Shown: positions 30,002-40,117 of the stretch, piece by piece
Numbering within the stretch: position 1 is the stretch's first letter
Layout of the letters: each line of letters opens with the position of its first letter
NCBI GenBank assembly: GCA_963722105.1
Contig: CAVRKQ010000008.1
Span: 7,433-71,432 of the forward strand
Source: an uncultured Chloroflexia bacterium
Lineage (GTDB): Bacteria > Chloroflexota > Limnocylindria > Limnocylindrales > CSP1-4
DNA: 64,000 nucleotides
Direction: 5' to 3'
Made by a program: the position numbers and the translations under genes
The notes under the pieces: generated by a model
Seen by the model: the letters and a program-made list of their open reading frames with translations, nothing else
What the model was told of the DNA's origin: nothing
The model's database searches: none

Positions 30002-31050
30002 CTACGTGGGAGCCAGCTCCGGGATGCCCGCGGCCCAGGCATCGAACTCGCGGCGCAGGGGCTCGAGGGTCGCCTCGTCGGCGAAGGCGACATCGAGGGC
30101 GAACCGATCGATCGCCCAGAGCTCCGGGAGCGTCAGCCCGATGTCGCGCACCGCCCGGCCGTACTCCTGGGTCAGCGAGACGTCGGAGACCGTCGTGTCG
30201 TCGGTCGAGAGCGTGACCGGCGCACCGGCCCGATGGAGGCGGGCGAGCGAGTGCTCGGCGAGCGACGGCACGGTACCGGCCTGGACGTTGGAGGTCGGGC
30301 AGAGGTCGAGGGAACGCCGCGCGTGGTGAGCTCCGCGACGAGCGACGGGTCGTCCGAGGCCGCCTCGCCGTGCGCGATCCGCTCCGGGTTCACCGCGAGC
30401 GCCCCTCGGACCTGGGCGGCGCCGTTCCACTCGCCGGCGTGGATGGTGATCCGCAGGCCGCCCGCGCGAGCCGCCTCGAACGCCTCCGCGTGTACGAGTG
30501 GATCGGGGAATGCCTCCTCGGGCCCGGCGAAGTCCCAGCCCGTCAGGCCGCGGTCGCGGAAGCGCGATGCGACCTCGGCGAGTCGAACGTTGTCGGCCGG
30601 ATCGTGGGATCGCAGGGCGGTCGCGACCAGGCGCACGACCGTCCCGGTCCGGGTCGCCGCGTCCTCTGCGCCGCGCACGACCGCCTCGATCCCGTCCTCG
30701 AGCGAGAGACCCTTCACGACGTGGAGCAACGGTCCCCACTTGATCTCGACGTAGCGCACGTTCTCCGCGGCCTTCGTCTCGACCAGCTCGACCGTGATCC
30801 GCTCGAGCGCCTCGGCGTCCTGCATCAGCGCGATCGGCAGGTCGAAGGCCTTGAGGAGCTCCGCCTGGTCGACACACGGCATCGGTGCGACGAGCGCGTC
30901 GAACATGCCGCGCCACGTCAAAGGCGCATCGACCCCACGGCTGCGTGCCAGCTCCAGCGCGGTCCCGATCCGGAGCGAGCCGTCGAGGTGGAGATGCAGC
31001 TCGGCCTTGGGCATCGCCTCGAGCAGGCGGTCGAGGGCTGGATCCGTCAT
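30002..31050 (-). pseudogene. add: adenosine deaminase, one frame change as assembled
   Basis: Motifs are PKAELHLHLDGS, VRYVEIKW and ITIHAGE in ORF 30172-31050. CPTSNVQ and LSTDD occur in the frame of ORF 30002-31996. The junction looks like a C-run one base short near 30313-30318. Confidence 0.85.
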
Positions 31051-31075
31051 ATGCCGATGCTACGATCCCCGCCGC

Positions 31076-32053
31076 ATGTCGAGCGCGCCGGTCCGCACCA
31101 CGCCGTCGTTCGGGCGCGCAGTCCGCGGGCTTCTCTGGGCCGTCCTCCTCGTGATCCTCGCGGCGAGCGCCGCGGGCCTTGCCGGCCTTGCCTGGCACGC
31201 ACCCGGCAGTGCCGCCCGGGCCGAGCTGACCTACGTCGGCGACGGGGCCCTCGGTGCTCGCCTCGACGTCGCCCGCGCGGATCTCGAGCAGATCGCGGCC
31301 GACGTCGAGCGGCTCGCCGAGGAGGCCAAGACGGCCCTCGAGAACGCCAGCAGTGCCGACCCGGACCGTCTCGACGAGAGCCTCCAGCGGGGCGACGAGC
31401 TCGCCGCGGGGATCGAGGCCCGCTCGCGGTCGCTTCGCACCGCCCTCGTGGACCTGCCGGGCGCCGAGCCCGACGCGGCCATGCGCTACAGCAACGGGAT
31501 GCTCGTCCGGCGGTCGACCATCCTTGCGGCGATCGAGGCCTCGTCCGGGCTCGCGGGGAGCTGGCAGACGGTTGCGGCCAGGGCGCGCGACACCGCCCGC
31601 CTTACCGCGCTCATCAACCAGCACGACACGACCGTCCTCAGCGCCGCCGAGAGCGGTCGCAACAGTGCCTTCAAGGACGCCGTCGCCACGATCGACGACG
31701 CCCTTGCGACGATCGCCACGATCGAGGACCTCCGCGAGCGTCTCGTCTCGTCCGAGGACACGATCCTCGACGAGTGGATCGAGCGGACCAGGGCCTACGA
31801 CCTCGCGCTCCAGCACCTCTACGCCGCGCTGGTCAAGTCGAAGGGCCGGGTCACGGTCGAGGTCCAGTCGGCCCGGCGCGAGGAGCGGGCGGCGTTCGAT
31901 CGGCTGCCGCCGGACCGCCGGACGATCCTCGTGATCATCAGCGAGGTCACCCGGAATGGGCTGACCCAGGCGGTCATCGCCATCGACGAGGCGCACGGGC
32001 GTCTGGACGAGGCCCTGGTCGAGGTCGCGGCCGCCTCCACGCCGCCATCCTGA
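31076..32053 (+). CDS. membrane-anchored hypothetical protein (helical, Ala/Asp-rich)
   Basis: An N-terminal TM segment (LLWAVLLVILAASAAGLAGLAW) is followed by a long predicted helical ectodomain. I recognise no family. Confidence 0.5.
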   Translation: MSSAPVRTTPSFGRAVRGLLWAVLLVILAASAAGLAGLAWHAPGSAARAELTYVGDGALGARLDVARADLEQIAADVERLAEEAKTALENASSADPDRLDESLQRGDELAAGIEARSRSLRTALVDLPGAEPDAAMRYSNGMLVRRSTILAAIEASSGLAGSWQTVAARARDTARLTALINQHDTTVLSAAESGRNSAFKDAVATIDDALATIATIEDLRERLVSSEDTILDEWIERTRAYDLALQHLYAALVKSKGRVTVEVQSARREERAAFDRLPPDRRTILVIISEVTRNGLTQAVIAIDEAHGRLDEALVEVAAASTPPS

Positions 32054-32123
32054 CCGCGGTCCGCGCGCCCACTACACTCGCGGCCACAGGGGCCGACATC
32101 CGCCACCACCCAAGGGGGTTGCA

Positions 32124-33644
32124 GTGCAGGTACGCGTCGTCGTCGACCAGCCGTGGGACGTCAAGGCGGACGTGCTCGCCGTGCCCATCATCGGCCAGCC
32201 GAAGTTCAACGGGCCGCTTGGCGAGCTCGACAAGCGTGCGGGCGGGGAGCTCAAGTCGCTCAACGCCTTCGGCGAGCTGAAGGGCAAGCGCTACAAGAGC
32301 GTCCTCGCGGGCGCAGGCGCCTCGGGTGAGGTCAAGGCCGGCCGGCTCCTCGCGATCCTCGCCGGCGACGCGAACGACCTCGACCGCGAGGCGGTGCTCA
32401 AGCTCGGCGCCTCGGCCGAGCGGCGGCTCGCCGGCCGCCAGGCCCGCACGCTGGCGATCTGGGTGAGCCCGCTCGCCGAGGCCCTCGAGGGCGGCGCGGC
32501 GGCGGCCGCGGAGCTCCTGGCGCGCGGCGTCGTGGAGGGCGGCTACGACCCGGCCACGATCTACCGCGAGGACTACGACGAAGGCCCCCCGAAGCTCGAT
32601 CAGCTGGTCCTCATCGCGCCGGGCGAGGACGCCACGGGGCTCAAGAAGGCCGCGGAGCGGGGCATGGTGATCGGCGAGGGCGCGAACATCGCCCGGACCC
32701 TCTCGAACCGCAGCTCCAACGACGTGAGCCCCGAGGTCCTGGCCGAGGAGGCCTACAGCATCGCCAAGGCCAACGGCCTGTGGATCGACGTCATCGGCCC
32801 CGAGAAGGCCACCGAGATGGGCATGGGCCTGTTCATGGCGGTCGGGCGGGGGAGCGACAACCCGCCCCGGATGATCGTCATCCGCTCCGGCAAGGCCGGT
32901 GAGAAGGACAAGCTCGGGCGCCACCTCGCGATCGTTGGCAAGGGCGTGTGCTTCGACTCCGGCGGCATCTCCATCAAGCCATCCGACCGGATGGAGGAGA
33001 TGAAGATGGACAAGACCGGCGCCTGCACCGTGATCGCCGCCGCGGCGACGGTCGCGCGCCTGGCGCCGGGCACGCCGCTCCTCGCGATCGCCCCGGCCGT
33101 CGAGAACATGCCGGGCTCGCACTCCACCCGCCCCGGCGACATCGTGAAGGCCCTCAACGGCAAGTCGGTCGACATCACCAACACGGATGCCGAGGGCCGC
33201 CTCATTCTCGCCGACGCGCTCACGTACGCGGAGCGGCTCGGCGCCACCCACCTCGTGGACGTGGCGACGCTCACCGGCGCCGTGGCCCGCGCCCTCGGCG
33301 ACATGGTGAGCGGCGCCTTCGGGACGCCCCAGACGTTCGTCGACGAGGTCTTCGCCGCGGGCGCGAAGGGCGGCGAGCGCTACTGGCAGCTGCCGCTGAT
33401 CGACGACTACCGGCCGGACATGGAGAGCTGGTACGCCGATCTCGTCAACTTCTCCCGGAACAACGAGGGTGGGCTCGTCAAGAGCGCGCTGTTCATCCAG
33501 GAGTTCGTGACGAAGCCCTGGGTCCACCTGGACATCGCCGGTACCGCGTACTTCCGCAAGAACCTGCCGTTCGCGGCACGCGGCTCCACCGGCGTGGCCC
33601 ACGCGACGCTGGTCGAGCTGGCGCTGGCCGGCGCGAAGGCCTGA
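32124..33644 (+). CDS. pepA: leucyl aminopeptidase (M17)
   Basis: It carries VGKGVCFDSGGISIKP and NTDAEGRLILADAL. The start is GTG. Confidence 0.9.
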   Translation: MQVRVVVDQPWDVKADVLAVPIIGQPKFNGPLGELDKRAGGELKSLNAFGELKGKRYKSVLAGAGASGEVKAGRLLAILAGDANDLDREAVLKLGASAERRLAGRQARTLAIWVSPLAEALEGGAAAAAELLARGVVEGGYDPATIYREDYDEGPPKLDQLVLIAPGEDATGLKKAAERGMVIGEGANIARTLSNRSSNDVSPEVLAEEAYSIAKANGLWIDVIGPEKATEMGMGLFMAVGRGSDNPPRMIVIRSGKAGEKDKLGRHLAIVGKGVCFDSGGISIKPSDRMEEMKMDKTGACTVIAAAATVARLAPGTPLLAIAPAVENMPGSHSTRPGDIVKALNGKSVDITNTDAEGRLILADALTYAERLGATHLVDVATLTGAVARALGDMVSGAFGTPQTFVDEVFAAGAKGGERYWQLPLIDDYRPDMESWYADLVNFSRNNEGGLVKSALFIQEFVTKPWVHLDIAGTAYFRKNLPFAARGSTGVAHATLVELALAGAKA

Positions 33645-33702
33645 CGACCCGGACCTTCGGGCTGGTGCGGCGCCGCACCGGGCGCGAGATGATCGCGGCC
33701 TG

Positions 33703-34356
33703 ATGGACGTCGGAATCCTCATCGCCCTCGCGGGCGTGCTCGGTGTCGGGTTCGGGTATGCCTCGGACCGGCTCGCGGCGAGATGGCCGGCCCACGAGGA
33801 CGGCTCGACGCGCGCGCGGGACTGGCGGACGCCGATCGTCGCGGTCGTCGGCGGGCTGGCGTTCGCGGCCACGGTGGCGAGATTCGGGGTGAACCCCGTT
33901 CCCCTCGCGGTGGTCTTCCCGTACGTCGCGGTCCTGGTCGTGCTCTTCGCCATCGACCTCGACCAGCGACTCCTCCCGAACGTGCTGACGTATCCGCTGG
34001 TCGTCTACGCCCTCGTCGTCTACGCGCTCGGCGTGAGCCCGTTCATCCCGACGCTGGAAGCCCTCGGCTGGGCTGCCGGGGCGGCCATCGTCCTGCCGCT
34101 CGGGCTCTTCCTCCTCGCCATCCCCTACGGCGACGGCGCAATCGGGGAGGGCGACCTGAAGCTGCTCGTCAGCGTCGGCCTGTTCGCCGGCGCGCCGAAC
34201 CTCGTCTACAGCCTGATCTCCGGCACCCTCGCCGCCGGGATCGTGATCGCGGTCCTGCTCTTCGTCCGGCGGCTCTCGAGGCGGAGCTACGTGCCGTACG
34301 GTCCGTTCCTGATCGCTGGGACCCTCTGGGCCATTCTGGTCGTGTCCAAGCCGTGA
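33703..34356 (+). CDS. A24-family prepilin peptidase
   Basis: It is polytopic and has the two catalytic Asp contexts FAIDLDQRLLPN and GEGDLKLL. There is no N-terminal methyltransferase domain. Confidence 0.75.
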   Translation: MDVGILIALAGVLGVGFGYASDRLAARWPAHEDGSTRARDWRTPIVAVVGGLAFAATVARFGVNPVPLAVVFPYVAVLVVLFAIDLDQRLLPNVLTYPLVVYALVVYALGVSPFIPTLEALGWAAGAAIVLPLGLFLLAIPYGDGAIGEGDLKLLVSVGLFAGAPNLVYSLISGTLAAGIVIAVLLFVRRLSRRSYVPYGPFLIAGTLWAILVVSKP

Positions 34357-34517
34357 CCAACGTACGGGTTCGTCAGCCGGTGGCGTTGCAGTATTCTCAC
34401 GGAAGTTGGCCGGTAGTCGTCCCAGAGTGCCAAGCGGGACGGCGATCTTTCCGGCGGACGAACCAACCGCGAACCCCAGCGCGAGAGGCCACGCCCGCAC
34501 GATGAAGACGCTGCTCA

Positions 34518-35888
34518 GTGCGCCGCTCCACGCCTGATCCGGTGGTCCGGTCGGTTCGACCGCGACCCCGCAAGCACCGCTTCGCACGCGGGCTCCTGCT
34601 CCTCCTCGTCGCGTTCTCGACGTTCGGCGGGCTGTTCACGTCGACCCCTGCCAACCCGGCGCGCGCCGACGAGCTCGACGACGCCTACGACCGCCAGCGC
34701 CAGCTCGAGAAGCTCATCGCGCGGCAGAAGTCGTCGATCCGGAGCCTCAGCGCCAGCCAGGCGAACCTGTCGTCCAAGATCTCGAAGACGAAGAACTCGC
34801 TGGCCGAGATCAACGCCAACCTCCTCACCGTCAAGACCCAGATCGTCGCGATGACCGTCGACGTGGCCCGCAGCAAGAACGCGGTCGACGAGATCTCCGA
34901 GACGGCCGCGCGCCTCGACGCCGAGCTCGAGCGGATCGTGGCCGAGGAGGTCCGCAAGACCGCCGAGCTGGAGGCTCGCAAGGTCCTCCTCGCATCGCGC
35001 ATCGTCGAGGCTTACGACACCGACCGGACCTCGATGCTCGAGACGTTCCTCGCCGGCGGCGACTTCACCGACGTCCTCACCAACGTCGGCTACCACCTCG
35101 ACTTCGCCGAGCAGGACCGCGAGCTCGCCGAGCAGATCGTCGCCGACCAGGAGGTCCTGAAGGTCCTCCACGCGAACGTCGAGATCGCCCGGGTCCAGAC
35201 CGAGGAGCTCCACAAGCTCGCCAAGGACTCGAAGGCCGTCCTCGACGACCAGATGGACGAGCTCGCCGCCGCGCGCAAGGAGCTCGCCCGCCTCGAGGCC
35301 GAGACCGAGCGGCTCCTGAAGGCCCAGCAGGCGGCCTACGCCAGGATGGCGAAGGACAAGCGGAAGCTCGCGGCGACCCTCTCGCACCAGATCGAGGCCA
35401 ACCGCAAGCTCGAGAAGCTCATCGACAAGCTCATCCGCGAGCAGATCGCCCAGGGCGGCATCCCGTCGAAGTTCAACGGCACCTTCCAGTGGCCGATGAA
35501 CGGACGGATCTCCCAGGAGTTCGGCTGCACCGGCTTCTCGTGGGAGCCGCGGGTCGGCAACTGTGCCCACTTCCACCGCGGCATCGACATGGTGAACGCC
35601 AAGTACACGCCGATCTACGCCTCGGCGGCCGGCAAGGTCCTCATCTCCGGGCGCAGCCCGTATGACCCCGCCTGGATCGTCATCATCGCCCACTCCGAGA
35701 ACGTCGTGAGCTGGTACGGCCACGTCGACAACGTCAAGAAGCCGGTCGTGCGGGCCGGCCAGTACGTGGCGAAGGGCCAGCTCATCGCCTTCGAGGGCAC
35801 GACGGGCTACTCGACCGGCCCGCACCTCCACTGGGCCGTCCAGCTCAACGGCGCGTGGGTCAACCCGAGGCTGTTCCTCCCGCGCTAG
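34518..35888 (+). CDS. M23 peptidoglycan DD-metalloendopeptidase with N-terminal coiled coil
   Basis: A signal or TM segment is followed by a long coiled coil (QRQLEKLIARQKSSIRSL...). The M23 motifs are HFHRGIDM and GPHLHWAV. Confidence 0.85.
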   Translation: MRRSTPDPVVRSVRPRPRKHRFARGLLLLLVAFSTFGGLFTSTPANPARADELDDAYDRQRQLEKLIARQKSSIRSLSASQANLSSKISKTKNSLAEINANLLTVKTQIVAMTVDVARSKNAVDEISETAARLDAELERIVAEEVRKTAELEARKVLLASRIVEAYDTDRTSMLETFLAGGDFTDVLTNVGYHLDFAEQDRELAEQIVADQEVLKVLHANVEIARVQTEELHKLAKDSKAVLDDQMDELAAARKELARLEAETERLLKAQQAAYARMAKDKRKLAATLSHQIEANRKLEKLIDKLIREQIAQGGIPSKFNGTFQWPMNGRISQEFGCTGFSWEPRVGNCAHFHRGIDMVNAKYTPIYASAAGKVLISGRSPYDPAWIVIIAHSENVVSWYGHVDNVKKPVVRAGQYVAKGQLIAFEGTTGYSTGPHLHWAVQLNGAWVNPRLFLPR

Positions 35889-35940
35889 CCGCCGCGTCGC
35901 GGCCACCTCGCGCCCGTTGCGATCGGAAGTGGCAGGAGAA

Positions 35941-36097
35941 CCGTCAGGCAATCACCCGGTGACTCTTCGTCATCGGCTTCGCCTTCGTGCGCGCCCGCGA
36001 CGAGCGTGGGAGCGTCGATCTCCTCTGCCAGGGAGTCATGCGGTGGATTTCTGACACCGACGCGCTGTCGAAGAGTCACCCTGTGCCGATCTGACGG
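35941..36097. repeat. 157-nt bipartite long inverted repeat (structured RNA or MITE-like element)
   Basis: The outer arms are CCGTCAG (35941-35947) and CTGACGG (36091-36097). The inner arms are GGTGACTCTTCG (35958-35969) and CGAAGAGTCACC (36069-36080). They enclose a 99-nt core between the M23 peptidase gene and the glgC promoter. Confidence 0.6.
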
Positions 36098-36141
36098 AAT
36101 GCCCCGTTGACCGAAGGTTCACGGGCGCTTCGAGAACCCGG

Positions 36142-36150
36142 TGCTACAAT
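36142..36150 (+). promoter_or_regulatory. extended -10 promoter element for glgC
   Basis: TGCTACAAT (TGn + TACAAT) lies 24 nt upstream of the ATG at 36174. The RBS GGGAGGG lies between them. Confidence 0.45.
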
Positions 36151-36173
36151 TCGCCTCGCGACGGGAGGGCACG

Positions 36174-37484
36174 ATGAAGCGGACGATGGCGGTGATCCTC
36201 GCCGGAGGTGAAGGCGAGCGCCTCTCGATCCTCTCGTCCGTGCGCGCGAAGCCCGCGGTCCCCTTCGGCGGCAAGTACCGGATCATCGATTTCACGCTGT
36301 CGAACTGCGTCAACTCGGACATCGACAACGTCCTCGTCCTGACCCAGTACAACCCCCACTCGCTGAACGACCACATCGGCCTCGGGCGGCCGTGGGACCT
36401 CGACCGCAGCCGCGGCGGCGTCAAGCTGCTCCAGCCGTACATCGCGCGCGGCCGGGTGGCCGAGTGGTACCGCGGGACCGCCGACGCGGTCCTCCGGAAC
36501 ATGAACGTGATCGAGCGCTCCGCTGCCGACACGATCGTGGTCCTCGCCGGCGACCACATCTACAAGATGGATTACCAGCCGTTCGTGCAGGCGCACCGGC
36601 GCCACCGCGCGGACGTGACCGTGGCCGTGCGCCGCGTCCCGCTCGCGGACGCCAGCCGGATGGGCATCCTGGCGATGGATGACGCCGATCGAGTGATCGA
36701 CTGGCAGGAGAAGCCCAAGCAGCCCAAGAGCGACCTCGCCTCGATGGGCGTGTACGTCTTCTCGAAGCGGGCGCTGCGCCGCTGGCTCAGTGAGGACCTC
36801 GTCGACTTCGGCGGCAACGTGATCCCGGCGATGCTCGACGGCGGCGCGCGCGTCTTCGGCTACCGCTACAGCGGCTACTGGCAGGACGTCGGGACGATCC
36901 AGTCCTACTGGGAGACGAACCTGGCGCTCCTCGAGGACCGCCCGGAGCTCGACATGTACGACCCCGACTGGGTCATCCACACCCGCTCCGAGGAGCGCGC
37001 GCCGGCCAAGGTCGGGGCCACGGCTCAGATCCACCGGAGCCTCATCAGCCACGGCTGTGTGATCGATGGGACGGTCGTGAACAGCGTGCTCTCGCCAGGC
37101 GTCCGCGTCGACGTCGGGGCCGTCGTGCGCGATTCGATCGTGATGTTCGACTCGGTGATCCGGGCCGGCGCGGTGGTTGACCGGGCGATTCTCGACAAGG
37201 AAGTGGTGGTCGGCCAGGGCGCGATCGTCGGCGAGGGTCCATATGACGGCCCGCCGAACCGCCAGGAGCCCGGCCGGCTCAACACCGGGATCACGGTCGT
37301 CGGGAAGCAGTCGATCGTGCCGCGGGCGGCGCGGCTCGGGCGGAACGTCAAGGTCGGCGGCGGCGTGAAGAACAGCGACTACAAGAGCCGGGTCGTGAAG
37401 GCCGGTGGCTCCGTGGATCCGGCGCCCGTGACGCGCAAGGTCCGCGTCGTTCGTGAGCCGGCGGAGGCCGCGTCCGCGGGCTGA
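36174..37484 (+). CDS. glgC: glucose-1-phosphate adenylyltransferase
   Basis: Motifs are [40 protein letters not shown] and YWQDVGT, followed by left-handed beta-helix repeats. Confidence 0.9.
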   Translation: MKRTMAVILAGGEGERLSILSSVRAKPAVPFGGKYRIIDFTLSNCVNSDIDNVLVLTQYNPHSLNDHIGLGRPWDLDRSRGGVKLLQPYIARGRVAEWYRGTADAVLRNMNVIERSAADTIVVLAGDHIYKMDYQPFVQAHRRHRADVTVAVRRVPLADASRMGILAMDDADRVIDWQEKPKQPKSDLASMGVYVFSKRALRRWLSEDLVDFGGNVIPAMLDGGARVFGYRYSGYWQDVGTIQSYWETNLALLEDRPELDMYDPDWVIHTRSEERAPAKVGATAQIHRSLISHGCVIDGTVVNSVLSPGVRVDVGAVVRDSIVMFDSVIRAGAVVDRAILDKEVVVGQGAIVGEGPYDGPPNRQEPGRLNTGITVVGKQSIVPRAARLGRNVKVGGGVKNSDYKSRVVKAGGSVDPAPVTRKVRVVREPAEAASAG

Positions 37485-37536
37485 GCAGGCCGGCGATCGC
37501 CGGCTGATCGGCCGAGCCGGGCTAGACTGCCGGGCC

Positions 37537-38046
37537 ATGCCCGCGACCACCCCGGAGGCCATCGAGGGCTGGCTCGCAGCGCTCGGCCTCGCGCCGGGCG
37601 TCCGCGTCGAGCGCGACGGCGTCTCGGCCTGGGACCTGACCCTCGATGGCCGCGTTCGCCGCGACCTCCGCGTCACGCTGATCCTCGACCCGACGATCGG
37701 CGTGATCGTCTGGGCGCACCTCGCGCCGCCCCTGCTCGACGGCCTGCGGAAGTCCTACCGGACCCTCCTCCGCTGGAACGACGAGTTCCCGCTGGTCAAG
37801 TTCTCGATCGCCGATGACGGTCGGCCGACCGCCGCCGTCGAGGTGCCGACGCGCTGGCTCGACGCAGACGAGCTCGGCCTCGCGCTGGCCCGCGTCGCCG
37901 CCGTCGCGGATCGCCTGTTCGAGGAGACGCGCGGGTGGATCTGGATCGGCGGGCGGGTGCCGGACAAGTACGCCGAGCGCGAGATTCGCAACGTCGCGCT
38001 GCTCGACCGCTTTGCGGGCCGCCTCGCCGAGCTGATCGAGGCGTGA
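37537..38046 (+). CDS. YbjN-like (putative sensory-transduction/chaperone-like) protein
   Basis: The roughly 170-aa acidic protein contains LTLDG..RDLRVTLILDP and LLRWNDEFPLVKFSIADDGRP..VEVP. The stop overlaps the next start (TGATG). Confidence 0.5.
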   Translation: MPATTPEAIEGWLAALGLAPGVRVERDGVSAWDLTLDGRVRRDLRVTLILDPTIGVIVWAHLAPPLLDGLRKSYRTLLRWNDEFPLVKFSIADDGRPTAAVEVPTRWLDADELGLALARVAAVADRLFEETRGWIWIGGRVPDKYAEREIRNVALLDRFAGRLAELIEA

Positions 38047-40091
38047 TGGGCTTCCGCCGGGCGCGCGCCGCGTCGTTCGCCGCCTCGCTTGCGATGGTGC
38101 TGGTGCTCGGCGTCGTGCCGGCGCTCGCCCCCGCAACCGTGGCCGCCGCCACCCCGAACCTGACGATCGTCGGTGCGGCGACCTACGACGTCCTCCCCGA
38201 AGCGGGCCGAGTCAAGGTCGCCGTCGACCTGACCGCAACGAACCGCCTCAGGAACACCTCGACGAAACGCTTCTTCTTCCGGACGGCGGTCCTGACGGTC
38301 CTGCCGGGAGCGTCCGGGTTCAAGCTCAAGGGCGGACCCGGGACCCCGAGGGTCACGGTCACGAAGCGGACGAAGACCTACACCAACATCCGGCTCGACT
38401 TCGGGGCCAACCTCGCCGCCGGCAGGTCGACGAACCTGTCGCTGACGTTCGACCTCAAGGACCCGGGAGGGGCGCCCGACCGCCCGGTCCGCATCTCGCC
38501 GTCGCTCGCGTCGTTCGTCGCGTGGGCCTACGCGACGCCGGAGACACCCGGCGCCTCCGTCGATGTCCGCTTCCCGGCCGGGTACAGCGTGCAGATCGGG
38601 CGCGGGCCGCTCGAGGGGCCGAAGCCAGACGGTGCCGACCACGAGCGCTGGTCCAGCGGGTCGCTGAAGGAGCCACTGGACTTCGTCGCCGATGTCGTCG
38701 CCGACCGCCCGGGCGAGTATGCCGAGACGTCGATGGACATCCCGCTCGAGAAGGGTCCTGCGACGGTCCTGCTGCGCGCCTGGGCCGACGACCCGGCGTG
38801 GCGCGATCGAGTGGCGTCCCTGGTCGAGCGGGCGCTGCCGATCCTGGAGCGCGAGATCGGCGTTGCCTGGCCGGTCGAAGGACCGCTCGCGGTCCATGAG
38901 GCGCTCGTGCGGACGACCGGCGGCTACGCAGGGCTGTATGCGCCGCAGGATCGCCGGATCGAGATCGCCTACACGGCGTCGGACGGGGTGATCCTGCACG
39001 AGCTGGCGCACGCCTGGTTCAACGGCCGGCTCGTGGCGGACCGGTGGGCCGCGGAGGGCTTCGCGTCGTACTACGCCGAGCGGGCCGCGGCCGAGCTGGA
39101 CATCGACGCAGACGCGCCGGCGCCGCCGCCCGATCCCGACGCCGACGCGATCCCGCTGAACGAGTGGGGCCCGAGTGGCAGCGAGACGGCGGCCGCGGAG
39201 ACCTACGCCTACGCGGCCTCGCTCGACCTGGCGGAGGCGATCGCCGAGCGCGCGGGGCCCGAGGCGCTCCGGAGCGTTTGGGGCATGGCCGAGGCCGGCA
39301 TCGGGGCCTACCAGCCGACGAACGCGACGGACCAGGCGGCCGGCCCGCCCACCACTGGTTCCGGCTGCCGACCGGGAGCTCGCGGAGGGCCCGCCCGATT
39401 GGCGCGGCCTGCTCGACCTCCTCGAGGACACGACCGCGAAGGACTTCGGCGACCTGTGGCGCGAGACCGTGGCCACGGCCCGTCGGACGCGGCGGCGCTG
39501 GACGAGCGGCTCGTGGCCCGCGACGCGTACCGGCACTCCGTCACCATCGCCGGCGAGTGGCAGCTCCCACCCGCGACCCGCGCAGCGATGCGCGCCTGGC
39601 AGTTCGAGACCGCCCTCGGGATCCTCGGGGCCGTTGACGCCGTGAGCGAGGAGCGGCACGCGCTGGAGACGGCCGCGAGCGCGGCGGGGCTGACGCTCCC
39701 GGACCGGCTCCGGGACGCGTTCGAGGGGGACATCGGAATCGACGCGGCCGCGGCCGAGGCGCAGGCCGAGGGGACGGTGGTCGAGGCGATCGTGCGGGCG
39801 CGCGCCGCGGAGCCGTCGGACGCACCGATCGGTGAGCAGCTGATCAACACCATCGGGCTGCTGGGCGTGACGCCGAACGTCGAGATCGAGCGCGCCGAAT
39901 CCTCCCTCGCGGCCGGCGACATCCAGGTGGCGTACGCCGCCGCGCTCCAGGCCGAGGCCGCATGGGCGGGCGCACCGGCCGTCGGTCGGTCGCGTATCGT
40001 CAGCACCGTGCTGCTGCTCGTGGCGATGCTGCTGCTCGCGGGCCTGGTCCGGGGGCAGCTCACCCGACGACGAGTGACGACCACGGCCTGA
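38046..40091 (+). pseudogene. secreted, C-terminally membrane-anchored HExxH (peptidase MA-like) protein, paralog 1; two compensating frame changes as assembled
   Basis: It has a signal peptide, a beta-rich N-domain, HELAHAWFNGRLVADRWAAEGFASYYA and a C-terminal TM segment IVSTVLLLVAMLLLAGLV. The segment PPDWRGLLDLLEDTTAKDFGDLWRETVA lies in the frame of ORF 39175-39645 (shifts near 39345 and 39480). Confidence 0.7.
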
Positions 40092-40117
40092 CGGACGCGG
40101 CATCGGAGGGGCGAGGG

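Noticed and set aside
34357-34517. Possible ydaO-type (cyclic-di-AMP) riboswitch upstream of the M23 peptidase. Such riboswitches often precede cell-wall hydrolase genes in Actinobacteria.
   Set aside because: The region lacks the conserved segments I recall for that family (for example ...CCGACAGCTAACCTCGTAAGCG-like 3' part). There is no convincing pseudo-twofold arrangement.
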